From positions 32,001-96,000 of the forward strand of contig CAWAQU010000009.1 in assembly GCA_963784355.1 (NCBI GenBank): a stretch of 64,000 nt of DNA. Reading direction: 5' to 3'. The DNA comes from an uncultured bacterium (GTDB lineage: Bacteria > Patescibacteriota > JACMRA01). A program made the translations under genes and the position numbers. The notes below the pieces were generated by a model, which searched no databases, had not been told where the DNA came from, and saw only the letters and a list, made by a program, of their open reading frames with translations. The first letter of the stretch is position 1. Each line of letters starts with the position of its first letter. This document shows, piece by piece, positions 30,114 to 39,841 of the stretch.

Positions 30114-30506
30114 ATGGAAATAAAACTTACTAGCGTGTATATTTCAGACCTTGATAAAGCATTAAAATTTTACACTGAAGTACTAAATTTTGTTAAAAAG
30201 CAAGATATTGACCTTGGTGGTGGCAATAGATTTGTTACGGTGGTTTCCCCTGATGATTTGGATGGTACTGAGCTACTTTTGGAACCGAATGGTGAAATTG
30301 ACTATGTAAAAAATTTTAAGGAAAGCATATATAACTCAGGGCTACCTTTTACTATTTTCTTCACAAAAGACATATATGGGGAATATGAGAGAATGCTTAA
30401 ACTGGGGGCAAGATTCACATCAGAGCCAACTGAACAATTTGGAGCTATTATGACTACTTTTGATGATACTTGTGGCAATCTGATCCGCTTATATCAAGTC
30501 AAGTAA
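30114..30506 (+). CDS. VOC/glyoxalase family protein
   Basis: DLDKALKFYTEVLNF, LLLEP, FDDTCGNLI. Confidence 0.9.
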   Translation: MEIKLTSVYISDLDKALKFYTEVLNFVKKQDIDLGGGNRFVTVVSPDDLDGTELLLEPNGEIDYVKNFKESIYNSGLPFTIFFTKDIYGEYERMLKLGARFTSEPTEQFGAIMTTFDDTCGNLIRLYQVK

Positions 30507-30712
30507 ACAATTTTATCCAAACGCTTAGGAAATCATTATTTCAGTTAGTAATCTTAACAACTAAAGTAAAATTTTTTGAATGGTCTTGCAATTTTTAAAA
30601 GTGAGCTTGTAAAAAACGAAATAGCTGGATTGAAACGCCCAAAAAATAAACCCGATTTCTCGGGGCTATGTTTATGTGTGATTATTTAATTTGTGTTTTT
30701 ATAATCAATAAA

Positions 30713-30798
30713 TGGCGGAAGTAGTGGGATTCGAACCCACGAAGCTTTCGCTTGACGGTTTTCAAGACCGTTGCCATAAACCACTAGGCGACACTTCC
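30713..30798 (-). tRNA. tRNA-Ser (UGA)
   Basis: Minus strand GGAAGTG...ACGGT-CTTGAAA-ACCGT, variable arm AAGCGAAAGCTT, T-loop TTCGAAT, GCCA end. Confidence 0.96.
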
Positions 30799-30900
30799 AA
30801 TTAGTAATCTTAATGTCTTCTGAAAAATTGTCAATATAATTAGTTTTCTTGACTTTTTTGCTAAAATGTATAAATGGTGCTACACTGCTAACCGAAATTT

Positions 30901-33156
30901 ATGTTAATTATTGTAGAGTCACCGGCAAAGGCTAAAACCATATCCAAAATTGTGGGTAAAAAATACGTGGTGAAAGCTTCTGTAGGTCATGTCCGAGGCC
31001 TTAGCGATCAGAAAAAAACCAAGGAAGGAAAAAGTTTAGAGATCAGTGGTATTGATATTGATAATGATTTTAGCCCGATTTATGAGGTTGATTCAGCCAA
31101 AAAAGATATTGTTGTTGAGTTAAAAAAGATGGCCAAAGCTGCCAAAGACGGAATTTTATTTGCAACTGACTCTGACAGAGAAGGAGAATCAATTTCTTGG
31201 CATTTAGCGGAAATTTTAGGTATTAAAGATAAGTCAAAAATCCAACGCCTTGAATTTCACGAAATTACTGAAAAAGCAATCAATGAGGCAATTAAAAATC
31301 CGAGAGATCTGAATCTGGAATTAGTTCATGCTCAACAAGCCAGACAGGTACTGGATAAACTGGTAGGTTATAAATTATCTCCGGTGCTTTGGAATACCAT
31401 GAGCAACTACAAGTTGTCAGCAGGGAGAGTCCAATCTCCGGCACTTCACATTATTGCTGAGCGAGAAAAAGAAATTCAAAAGTTCCAATCAGAAGAATAT
31501 TGGGAAATTTTCGGAAATTTTGATGATAATACCATAAGTCAAAGCAAAGAAATAGTATATTCTGAAGATCAAGAACAAGATAAGGATAAAAAAGAAAAGC
31601 CCAATAAGCAGTTCAAACTATTTAAAATCAAAGGTACAAAAATACCCGAAACCATCAAAAGCCAGAAAGAATTAGATTTATTAAAAGACGGATTGAAAGA
31701 TAATCCACAGTTTACTATTGTTGAAGCAGAAGAAAGTTTTGAAAAATCTAGCCCAAAAGCACCTTTTATTACCTCTACCCTCCAGCAGGCAGCCTCTTCC
31801 AAACTTGGCTACAATCCAAAACTCACCATGCAACTGGCTCAAAAGTTGTATGAAGGTATAGATATAGACGGTTCTCCAACTGCATTGATCACCTACATGC
31901 GTACAGATAGTACCACGCTTTCACAAGAGGCCGTAGAAGCCGCTCGAAGCTATATTGCGACCTTTCATCCCAAATACCTGCCTAAAGCTCCTAGAGTATA
32001 CAAATCAAGGAGTAGAAATGCTCAAGAAGCCCATGAAGCTATCAGGCCTGTAAATATAAACTTACTTCCGGATAAATTAAGAGCTAAATTGGACCCTAAA
32101 CTTTTCAAACTATATGAGTTGATATGGAAACAGACTGTAGCTTCTCAAATGACTGAGGAAATCCGCAAAAGATTGAGCTTTGTACTTCAAAATACCCGAA
32201 AAGACGAATTTAGAGGTTCTATAAGCTGGACCATTGAACCTGGATTTAAAATTGTCACCGGAGATAACATGGAAACCGAGCCAAAAATATCTTTCAAGCA
32301 GAATCAAAAATTATATTTACAAGAGATTTTGTATTTCCAAAAATTTACTCAACCACCAAGTAGGTATTCACCGGCTAGTCTAATCAAAAAACTTGAGGAA
32401 CTAGGAATTGGTAGGCCAAGTACTTATGCTAGTATCATTACCACTCTTACTGACAGAGAATATGCTGAAATCAAACAAAATATTATTCACCCGACCACTC
32501 TAGGCCTAAAAATCAATGATTTACTAACTGATAATTTTAAAGAGATCACTAGTGCAGACCTAACAGCCAAAATGGAGGAAAGTTTAGATGAAATAAGTCG
32601 GGGAGAAAAAGAGTACAAGCAAGTTTTGAGCGATTTTTGGTGGGATTTCAAAAAAGAGGTAGAAGAAAAATCCAAGTCACTGACTCAAGACAAAAGCAAA
32701 TATAAATCTACGGAAACTGACGAGGCTTGTCCGGTTTGTAACAATAAAATGGATTTAAGGATAGGTCGTTTTGGGGAGTATTATCAGTGCCAGACCAATA
32801 AAGAACACATGTTCCCTAAAAACTTTAAGGAGTACGAACAGGCTTTAAAATTAGCAACTGAAGAATTTGCAGGCCAAACCAAAGATAAAACTTGTGAATT
32901 TTGTGGTAAAGACCTGATTGTTCGAGTTTCTAAATCTTCTTTAAAACCATATATTGCCTGCCCGGAATATCAAGTCGGTAACAAACACACAGTTTCACCA
33001 ATTAGCCTTGGTCCATGCCCTAAATGCGCAAAAGAAGGTAGAATAAATAAGGAAGCAGGTGTACTAATTCAGAAAAAAGGTTTTAGGGGTAAGGGCTTTA
33101 TCGGCTGCTCCTTACCAAAAGAAACTTGTGGCTATATCCAGACTGAAAATCGCTAA
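30901..33156 (+). CDS. topA: DNA topoisomerase I
   Basis: IVESPAK, ATDSDREGE, SAGRVQS, ITYMRTD, GIGRPSTYA, C-terminal Zn ribbons. Confidence 0.99.
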   Translation: MLIIVESPAKAKTISKIVGKKYVVKASVGHVRGLSDQKKTKEGKSLEISGIDIDNDFSPIYEVDSAKKDIVVELKKMAKAAKDGILFATDSDREGESISWHLAEILGIKDKSKIQRLEFHEITEKAINEAIKNPRDLNLELVHAQQARQVLDKLVGYKLSPVLWNTMSNYKLSAGRVQSPALHIIAEREKEIQKFQSEEYWEIFGNFDDNTISQSKEIVYSEDQEQDKDKKEKPNKQFKLFKIKGTKIPETIKSQKELDLLKDGLKDNPQFTIVEAEESFEKSSPKAPFITSTLQQAASSKLGYNPKLTMQLAQKLYEGIDIDGSPTALITYMRTDSTTLSQEAVEAARSYIATFHPKYLPKAPRVYKSRSRNAQEAHEAIRPVNINLLPDKLRAKLDPKLFKLYELIWKQTVASQMTEEIRKRLSFVLQNTRKDEFRGSISWTIEPGFKIVTGDNMETEPKISFKQNQKLYLQEILYFQKFTQPPSRYSPASLIKKLEELGIGRPSTYASIITTLTDREYAEIKQNIIHPTTLGLKINDLLTDNFKEITSADLTAKMEESLDEISRGEKEYKQVLSDFWWDFKKEVEEKSKSLTQDKSKYKSTETDEACPVCNNKMDLRIGRFGEYYQCQTNKEHMFPKNFKEYEQALKLATEEFAGQTKDKTCEFCGKDLIVRVSKSSLKPYIACPEYQVGNKHTVSPISLGPCPKCAKEGRINKEAGVLIQKKGFRGKGFIGCSLPKETCGYIQTENR

Positions 33157-33204
33157 TTAAATTCAAAATTGACTATACAAAATAACTAAATTACATTTAA
33201 TACT

Positions 33205-33603
33205 ATGCCCACTAAAAAAAGTAATAAATTGATTGTCATTGGAGCAATTCTAATAATTTTAATAGCTTTACCCATAGTTTTTATATTTAGTAACCTGCAA
33301 TATCAAAGCAAGCAAACTACACAAACAAAAGAAAATACAGAAGCAGTTAAAACCGACACTACACAAACTGAAACGCAAAAAACTCAAGCTGAAGAAACGA
33401 AGGAAACTAGTACAGCTATTCAAAGTAGTCAAAATACTAGTGTCAGTACAAAGGTTGGAACTCCAACTACACAAACGCAAACTAGCACTCCAAAATCAGA
33501 ATCCACTTCCACTGCTAAAACTGAGACCATGACGCAGACTGAATCTGATGATTGGGAACCGGTTATTCCCGGCAACGTAGATTCCGGAGCACCTCAAGGT
33601 TAA
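33205..33603 (+). CDS. Membrane-anchored Thr/Ser/Gln-rich low-complexity surface protein
   Basis: N-terminal TM helix followed by a T/S/Q/E-rich stalk. Confidence 0.75.
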   Translation: MPTKKSNKLIVIGAILIILIALPIVFIFSNLQYQSKQTTQTKENTEAVKTDTTQTETQKTQAEETKETSTAIQSSQNTSVSTKVGTPTTQTQTSTPKSESTSTAKTETMTQTESDDWEPVIPGNVDSGAPQG

Positions 33604-33670
33604 GATTAAATGAAGCTTGTCACACTTTAGTACTATATTAGTGAATAGTAAAATATTATTTATTCTCTAT

Positions 33671-34231
33671 ATGTCTAAAGTACTTATACTTCTTATGGCA
33701 GTTATAACTTTATTAGTTGCTGCCCCAACACAAACCGCCTCCGCTCAGGAATCAGCAAAAGTCTATATTGTAGCTGCTGAAACCGGGTTAAATGTCAGAA
33801 ATAAAGACTGCAAGGTCATTGATACTGTGCAGTACAATAAACAAGTTTACCCAGAAAACGCCAGCGGGAAACAACCTGTAAATATAACATGTAATCTGAA
33901 TAATGACTATATTGTAGAGATGATTTTAGTATCATATAAGGCCATGAGCAGAGACACCGGCTATGTTGCCAAAGAGTTTTTATCTCCAGTACAGGGAACT
34001 TTAAAAGTCTCAGAAAAAATCAAAGCCAATTCTGCTGATGGTTTAAATATAAGGGATAGAAATTGTAAGAAAGTTGCTGCAGTTCCAAACAATACTATTC
34101 TTGAAAATATAACTCGCACAGATGATTTCATAGTTTGCAAAGTACGAAATAATTATTATCAAATGCAGCCTATAGCTCGCAATGGAAAAAGTTTTTTTGT
34201 ATCTTCCAGCTTTGTAGGTGAAGTAAAGTAA
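33671..34231 (+). CDS. Secreted protein with two SH3b-like repeats
   Basis: Signal peptide ending ASA; two repeats, GLNVRNKDCK...GYVAKEFL and GLNIRDRNCK...FVSSSFV. Confidence 0.7.
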   Translation: MSKVLILLMAVITLLVAAPTQTASAQESAKVYIVAAETGLNVRNKDCKVIDTVQYNKQVYPENASGKQPVNITCNLNNDYIVEMILVSYKAMSRDTGYVAKEFLSPVQGTLKVSEKIKANSADGLNIRDRNCKKVAAVPNNTILENITRTDDFIVCKVRNNYYQMQPIARNGKSFFVSSSFVGEVK

Positions 34232-34258
34232 ATAACACCTTAACATTACAACAAAGTC

Positions 34259-34284
34259 AAAAAAAGCCCTCACAATGAGGGTTT
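34259..34284. terminator. Probable bidirectional terminator
   Basis: A-tract, then GCCCTCA-CAA-TGAGGGT, then TT; lies between convergent ORFs. Confidence 0.65.
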
Positions 34285-34313
34285 ATATATTTTGGTATGT
34301 AATTTATGCTTAA

Positions 34314-34430
34314 TCAAATCCTTCCCATAGCTTTTGCATATACAAAAAAAATGCCGATTCCCGCACTCATCCAAAACGCAGCAAATAATATTTGTGTAAA
34401 AATAATTTTTAATTCTTCCTTGATTGACAT
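34314..34430 (-). CDS. 38-aa single-TM microprotein
   Basis: Manual translation MSIKEELKIIFTQILFAAFWMSAGIGIFFVYAKAMGRI*; points into the terminator at 34259-34284. Confidence 0.55.
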   Translation of the reverse strand: MSIKEELKIIFTQILFAAFWMSAGIGIFFVYAKAMGRI

Positions 34431-34491
34431 AAAATGTTTGTTTTTGTTTAAAAATACTACATTATATAAATTGTAATATACTTTTTTACTC

Positions 34492-34980
34492 TTGTCTAAA
34501 AATATTGTTATCGGAATTGATCCGGGTACTGCTACAATTGGTTTTTCCTTAATTACCGGCAGTAAAAAAGATCCTGAGATACTTGAATATGGAGTTTTAA
34601 AGACAATGGCTTTACCTGTAGATATGATGCCCCAAAGGCTTTTAGAGATTGGTTCGGATCTTGAAACTTTGCTAAATACCTACAAACCTAATATGGCAGT
34701 AGTTGAAGATTTATTTTTCTTTAAAAATCATAAAACCGTCATTAGCGTAGCCCAAAGTCGCGGTGTAATTTTGTACCTACTTGCAAAACACGGAATTAAA
34801 ACCCGATCTGTAACACCTCTCCAGGTAAAACAAACAATTTGTGGTTATGGCCGTGCCGATAAAAATCAGGTACAGCAAATGGTTAAACGCATATTCAAAC
34901 TTGATGAAATGCCCAAACCTGATGATGCTGCTGACAGCTTGGCTATGGCTTGGGTTGGTTTAGATCAAAAAAGTTTCTAA
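34492..34980 (+). CDS. ruvC: Holliday junction resolvase RuvC
   Basis: GIDPG, EDLFF, TPLQVK, GYGRADK, PDDAADSLA; TTG start. Confidence 0.97.
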   Translation: MSKNIVIGIDPGTATIGFSLITGSKKDPEILEYGVLKTMALPVDMMPQRLLEIGSDLETLLNTYKPNMAVVEDLFFFKNHKTVISVAQSRGVILYLLAKHGIKTRSVTPLQVKQTICGYGRADKNQVQQMVKRIFKLDEMPKPDDAADSLAMAWVGLDQKSF

Positions 34981-35021
34981 CTTGACACAAGCTTAATAAT
35001 ACGTTATCCATAAAGTATCAT

Positions 35022-35096
35022 CGGGATGTGGTGCATCGGTAGCATGCTTGCTTTGGGAGCAAGAGGTACAGGGTTCAATTCCCTGCATCCCGACCA
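35022..35096 (+). tRNA. tRNA-Pro (UGG)
   Basis: Acceptor CGGGATG/CATCCCG, anticodon arm CTTGC-TTTGGGA-GCAAG, T-loop TTCAATT, ACCA end. Confidence 0.95.
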
Positions 35097-35132
35097 TTAA
35101 ATTAATAATAATTATTTATATATAACAATATT

Positions 35133-35417
35133 ATGGCCAAGAGCGTAAAATACAAATATCACCCACACGCAACAGCTAAATGTGCTAACTGCCAAAGTAT
35201 TTACACATTAGGTTTAACCGTTGAAAATCTTTCACTAGAAATTTGCGGTAACTGCCATCCGTTCTATACAGGACAAGAGACCTTATTAGATACTGCAGGT
35301 AGAATTGAAAAGTTCCAAGCAAGATTAAATAAGATGAATGCTGAGGCAACAGAAAAGAGAGATAAAACAAAAGCTAGGAAAACAAAGCAAAGCTTGGCGG
35401 ATTTAAACCAAGAATAA
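35133..35417 (+). CDS. rpmE: 50S ribosomal protein bL31
   Basis: CANC...ICGNCHPFYTG...DTAGRIEKF. Confidence 0.96.
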   Translation: MAKSVKYKYHPHATAKCANCQSIYTLGLTVENLSLEICGNCHPFYTGQETLLDTAGRIEKFQARLNKMNAEATEKRDKTKARKTKQSLADLNQE

Positions 35418-35576
35418 TTTCTATTTTCTTTAGATACTTAAATTTTAACTCAAGCTTTGGACCTAAAATGTTGAGTTAAACTATTTTTAGTCTTCACAAC
35501 AAGTAAAATATAGCAAAACACTGTATAAAAATTAACTTTTAATTTAAAGCTATTAATATAAATCCAAAACTTGGAT

Positions 35577-36383
35577 ATGCTTTCCGGTAAACAAAAATCA
35601 CAAATAATTACAATTATAATACCAGCCTATAATGAAGAACAAAGAATAGGTGCCACACTTGAAAAATACTTGTCGTATTATACTCAGCAATACCAAGACA
35701 ACTACGAAATTTTAGTTGTTTTAAACGGCTGCAAAGATAAAACTGAGGAAATTGTAGCCAGTTATCACAAAAGCCACTCTAATTTAAAATATTTGGTCTT
35801 TAATGAGGCCATAGGTAAAGGTGGGGCCATCAAAGAAGGGCTTAAAGTTGCTAAAGGTGAATTAGTGGGTTTCACTGATGCTGATAGCTCAACTAGACCT
35901 GAAATATTACATAGACTTTTTGCGATATTGGAACTGGTGCCTAGTGTAGATTGTGTAGTGGGTTCTAGAAGAATGGCCGGATCTATAGTCACAGGTAAAA
36001 CTTTTAAACGGGAAGTACTAAGCTGGGGATTTAACTCTTTAGTTAATTTATTATTTAATCTTGGAATTAAGGATACTCAGTGCGGTGCTAAAGTTATTAG
36101 AAAACATTTGATACCTAGTATTTTACCTAACCTCAGTGTTTCCAATATGGCCTTTGATGTGAATTTTCTAGTGGACACTAAAAGATTGAAGGCTAAAATC
36201 TTAGAAATACCGATAGAATGGGAAGATGATGAAAGAAGCACTATTAAAAGCCCGTTTAAAACATCTACAGCTATGGCCTTTTCAATTATCAGATTGAAGA
36301 TAATGTATTCACCATTAAAAGTAATTTACCCTATACTCGAGCCGATTGGTAGGTTTTTATTGAAGATATTGGTAGGAGAATAA
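35577..36383 (+). CDS. GT2 polyprenol-phosphate hexosyltransferase (Dpm1/Alg5-like)
   Basis: IIPAYNEE, GKGGAI, FTDADSS, VGSR, DTQCGAK, FDV, EIPIEW. Confidence 0.85.
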   Translation: MLSGKQKSQIITIIIPAYNEEQRIGATLEKYLSYYTQQYQDNYEILVVLNGCKDKTEEIVASYHKSHSNLKYLVFNEAIGKGGAIKEGLKVAKGELVGFTDADSSTRPEILHRLFAILELVPSVDCVVGSRRMAGSIVTGKTFKREVLSWGFNSLVNLLFNLGIKDTQCGAKVIRKHLIPSILPNLSVSNMAFDVNFLVDTKRLKAKILEIPIEWEDDERSTIKSPFKTSTAMAFSIIRLKIMYSPLKVIYPILEPIGRFLLKILVGE

Positions 36384-36386
36384 TAT

Positions 36387-36980
36387 CTACACTACATTTG
36401 TAGAAACAAATTCAACAAGTTTAGAATTCAAATTTTTTAGAGTATTTAAATCCTCAGAACTTAATTTTAGGTAAAGGTGGTATTGCTTTCTGCCCATGCC
36501 TTCAGCTAAAGTTTCTTTAGTTGTGTTGAAGTAATCCGTTTTTTGATCAGCAAGTTCTGGCCATACACTAATTAAATCTACTGGAGAAAAAGAGATCAAA
36601 TTCAAAGCTTCATACTGAATGCTGCCTGCTATATTAGGTCTGGTAAGGATTATTAAACTCTGTTCACTAAAATCAGCGAATATATGACTCAGAATTCTAT
36701 CCATCTGCCCCGGTCTTTTTGAAACTGTATGTCCAAGAGTATTTAACTTGATTCCATCTACCTCAAAAATGTAGTTAGGATCCACTATTGCAGCTGCAGA
36801 CAAATTTTTTTCCTCATCTTCCAACCAATAAATTGCACCATCTTTTTGGCTTAAAGATTTTAGATATGTTCTCTCTCTGGCTGAAAATATATCTCCATAA
36901 TATGAAATCAACTTATACAGTTGGCTTATCAAACTGCTTTGATTCCTTGAGCTAAGTTTAGAGAAGCTTTTAAACGCCAT
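36387..36980 (-). CDS. Hypothetical protein
   Basis: Uninterrupted ~197-aa ORF filling the gap; no confident motif. Confidence 0.65.
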   Translation of the reverse strand: MAFKSFSKLSSRNQSSLISQLYKLISYYGDIFSARERTYLKSLSQKDGAIYWLEDEEKNLSAAAIVDPNYIFEVDGIKLNTLGHTVSKRPGQMDRILSHIFADFSEQSLIILTRPNIAGSIQYEALNLISFSPVDLISVWPELADQKTDYFNTTKETLAEGMGRKQYHLYLKLSSEDLNTLKNLNSKLVEFVSTNVV

Positions 36981-37113
36981 ATCAATTCTATAATTCCTTA
37001 TTCTATAACAAACTTTTCGGTTTTTGTAAAGCAATGAAGCCTTTCTTACCCAAATTATAATAAAAAATATAAATTGAGACTTACTGAAAGCAATCTTTAA
37101 GTTAATTGATAAT

Positions 37114-39801
37114 CTAAAATAGTAACTTTGCTCTATCTCTTATTTCTCTTTCTACTTCTTCTCTATTTTTACCATATCTTTGTTTACTATTTTCAATAAT
37201 CCTTTTCTTTTTAGCTTCAGCTTCCTTCATATCAATTTTAAAGAAGTCATCAAATTCAGCATTGATATTGAATGGAGTAGTCCTTTGGCCATCTACAAGT
37301 AAAATCGCATTGTATGTACGTGCCTCCGGATTAGCAATATCTTGAACTGTTAGTGGATTAAACTCCTTTTCCAAATAAGTAGCATCATCTGCACTACAGC
37401 GATAAATAAATTTAGATGCGCAGTTTGCCATAATAGAGTCTTTAATACGCTCATCACCTTGCACAACAACCTGTTTGATAAACTGGTGAGCTAGGTAAAA
37501 CCCTACTTTATATTTACGAATTTCCTCCAGAGCTTTTGGAATAGCATCAAATAAAAAGTTTTGCATCTCATCAATATATACAAAAAATGGAGTTCTTTCC
37601 TGTGGTGTTATTTCTGTAGTTGTACCGTCTAAATTATATTTTAAACCATCACTTCGGCCCATTCCGGCCATTAAAAGGCCTCCTAAAATAACCATACCTA
37701 CCAAATAGGCTGAATTTTCACCGATCAAACCTTTGGCTAAAGAAACTAAAATTATTTTCTTGTTATCCATTGCTTCACGCCAATTGATTGCTGATTTTTG
37801 TTGACCTATCATGGGTTTCAAAAAGTCATTAGTTACAAAAGGGGCCAATTTTGAAGTGATATAAGGTACCATATTTTCCAGACTAGCCTCTCCACCAGCT
37901 TTAGTAGCTTCCTTTTCCCAAAAGTCAATTACTTCTGGCTCATCACACATGGCTAATTTAAAACTTCTAAAATCTTCATCTGCTAAAACTTTGGAGATTT
38001 CCATTAAGGTGCTTCCACTTTCCGGATGGCTCATGACCAAGCGCATGGAGTTTTTCATGTAATTCTCAAACATCGGACCTCCTGTTTTCTTCAAATCATA
38101 TAACTTATCCCAAATCGTAAACAGAGTATCAATTACCAAGGTTTTTTGCGTCGGCTTTAATGGATCACTTTCAAGCATGTTCAAACCAAGTGGCATGTCT
38201 GTAATTGCCGGTGAAAACAAAACTACATCATCCATTCGATGCTCAGGAATACGTCGCAAAATGTCATCTACACCTTCTCCATGAGGATCTACAAAACAGA
38301 TTCCATTACCCATTTCTATGTCTTGTAGCATCACATTCATCATTTCTACAGTTTTACCCGAACCTGAACCACCTAATGAGTAAATATGTCTATAACGATC
38401 CTCCATTTTCATGTAACAGTCTTTACTTTGACCCCTACTTACAGCCCTACCTATATATACGCTGCCCTCAGAAGGACCTGGAACTTCCAGCGGGATGGCA
38501 GGTTTGCGGGCCAAAAGCCATTTAATATTTGGAGTTTGAGTTAGATAATTGGGCAAATGCCAGATCGAATTTACTTCTTCTGTATTCAAAATTTGACTTG
38601 CATCTAAGTTTTGAGTTCTCAGCAAAAAGTTAAGTACTGATTCTTTTACATCACCTTTAGCTTTTTTAAATCCGTTAAAGGGTTTGGTGTCATAAATCTG
38701 AAATGCGGGTACGACACCGTCTACAATTTGTTTTGCTCTTGCCTCAGTAGCTCCACTACCTACAATTCTCAAAGTAAAGTAGAATCCGGGTTTACTAGCT
38801 TTCTCTTCCAATTTTTTAATAATTTCTTGCTGCTGGGGAGTGAGTTGAATATTTTGTTTTTTTCCACTCAAATCTAAATTTTGCTCCCTATCTTTAAGTT
38901 GATTTTTGTTTTCGTCATCTTTTTTTTCTTTGAGAAATAGCTTAAAAAAACCACCAATAAATTTGAATGCCGCTTTCATGAAATCAAATTCAGGGAAAAG
39001 CACATCTTTAGGATTAAATCCTTGATTGATTTTTAGAGCTAGATTTCTAGGTTTCTTTTGCCACCAATCTTCGACAGGAGTTATAACTAACTGTATTCCT
39101 ACTGATTCTTCCTTTGATAATCCTCCCATAGCATTGGTAATACTGTTTAAAGGGTCACCATCAGCTAATTTATATGTTTTAAAGGGCAATTCATATCTCA
39201 AGTTTAATTTCAACTCCTGACAATATGCTACTGTATTTTCTTTAAAAAAGTTTAAATTGGTTATTCTAACAAGGTGGGCTTTATTATAAATAGCAACGAT
39301 TTGTTTTTCCATTACTTCAGCCATGCTTTTATTACATACAAGCCAAAACCTTATCTCCTGATCAATATTTACGATTTCTAAACTAAATCTGGTACCTCCA
39401 TATAGCCAAGTTTCCCTTTTCTTCTTAGCATACTCTGTCATGATACCATAAAGCTGTTCCCCCATTGAAAGCGCTTCTTTATCATCTTTTTTACTATTAT
39501 TTTCTTTCTGGGATTGCTCTGCAGTTTCTTTTGGCACGCTGATTTGGATAATTACAGTCTCTTCCCAATCTTTTATCCTTTTCTTTTCATAAGTTTTTTT
39601 CCTAAAGTATTTAATACCATACCAAATACCTCCAGCCAATAAACCGGCAAATACTAGAAACAACAAAAAGCCTATAAAAAACCCATCTAATCCTACTCCC
39701 GAAGAACTTTGCTGGCTGCTAGAAACTTCAGTAGTGGAGCTAAATGTAGCTGTAGGCCTAGAGTTGTTTGTATTCTGTTGAAAAAGATCATTATCTTCCA
39801 T
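37114..39801 (-). CDS. Membrane-anchored TraD/VirD4/HerA-like ATPase (type IV coupling-protein-like)
   Basis: N-terminal TM helix, Walker A GGSGSGKT, FVDPHG, Walker B YIDEMQNF, RKYKVGFYLAHQ. Confidence 0.85.
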   Translation of the reverse strand: MEDNDLFQQNTNNSRPTATFSSTTEVSSSQQSSSGVGLDGFFIGFLLFLVFAGLLAGGIWYGIKYFRKKTYEKKRIKDWEETVIIQISVPKETAEQSQKENNSKKDDKEALSMGEQLYGIMTEYAKKKRETWLYGGTRFSLEIVNIDQEIRFWLVCNKSMAEVMEKQIVAIYNKAHLVRITNLNFFKENTVAYCQELKLNLRYELPFKTYKLADGDPLNSITNAMGGLSKEESVGIQLVITPVEDWWQKKPRNLALKINQGFNPKDVLFPEFDFMKAAFKFIGGFFKLFLKEKKDDENKNQLKDREQNLDLSGKKQNIQLTPQQQEIIKKLEEKASKPGFYFTLRIVGSGATEARAKQIVDGVVPAFQIYDTKPFNGFKKAKGDVKESVLNFLLRTQNLDASQILNTEEVNSIWHLPNYLTQTPNIKWLLARKPAIPLEVPGPSEGSVYIGRAVSRGQSKDCYMKMEDRYRHIYSLGGSGSGKTVEMMNVMLQDIEMGNGICFVDPHGEGVDDILRRIPEHRMDDVVLFSPAITDMPLGLNMLESDPLKPTQKTLVIDTLFTIWDKLYDLKKTGGPMFENYMKNSMRLVMSHPESGSTLMEISKVLADEDFRSFKLAMCDEPEVIDFWEKEATKAGGEASLENMVPYITSKLAPFVTNDFLKPMIGQQKSAINWREAMDNKKIILVSLAKGLIGENSAYLVGMVILGGLLMAGMGRSDGLKYNLDGTTTEITPQERTPFFVYIDEMQNFLFDAIPKALEEIRKYKVGFYLAHQFIKQVVVQGDERIKDSIMANCASKFIYRCSADDATYLEKEFNPLTVQDIANPEARTYNAILLVDGQRTTPFNINAEFDDFFKIDMKEAEAKKKRIIENSKQRYGKNREEVEREIRDRAKLLF

Positions 39802-39841
39802 TCACAGTAAGTATAGCTCAAAAGTGGTGGTTATGTCAAAA

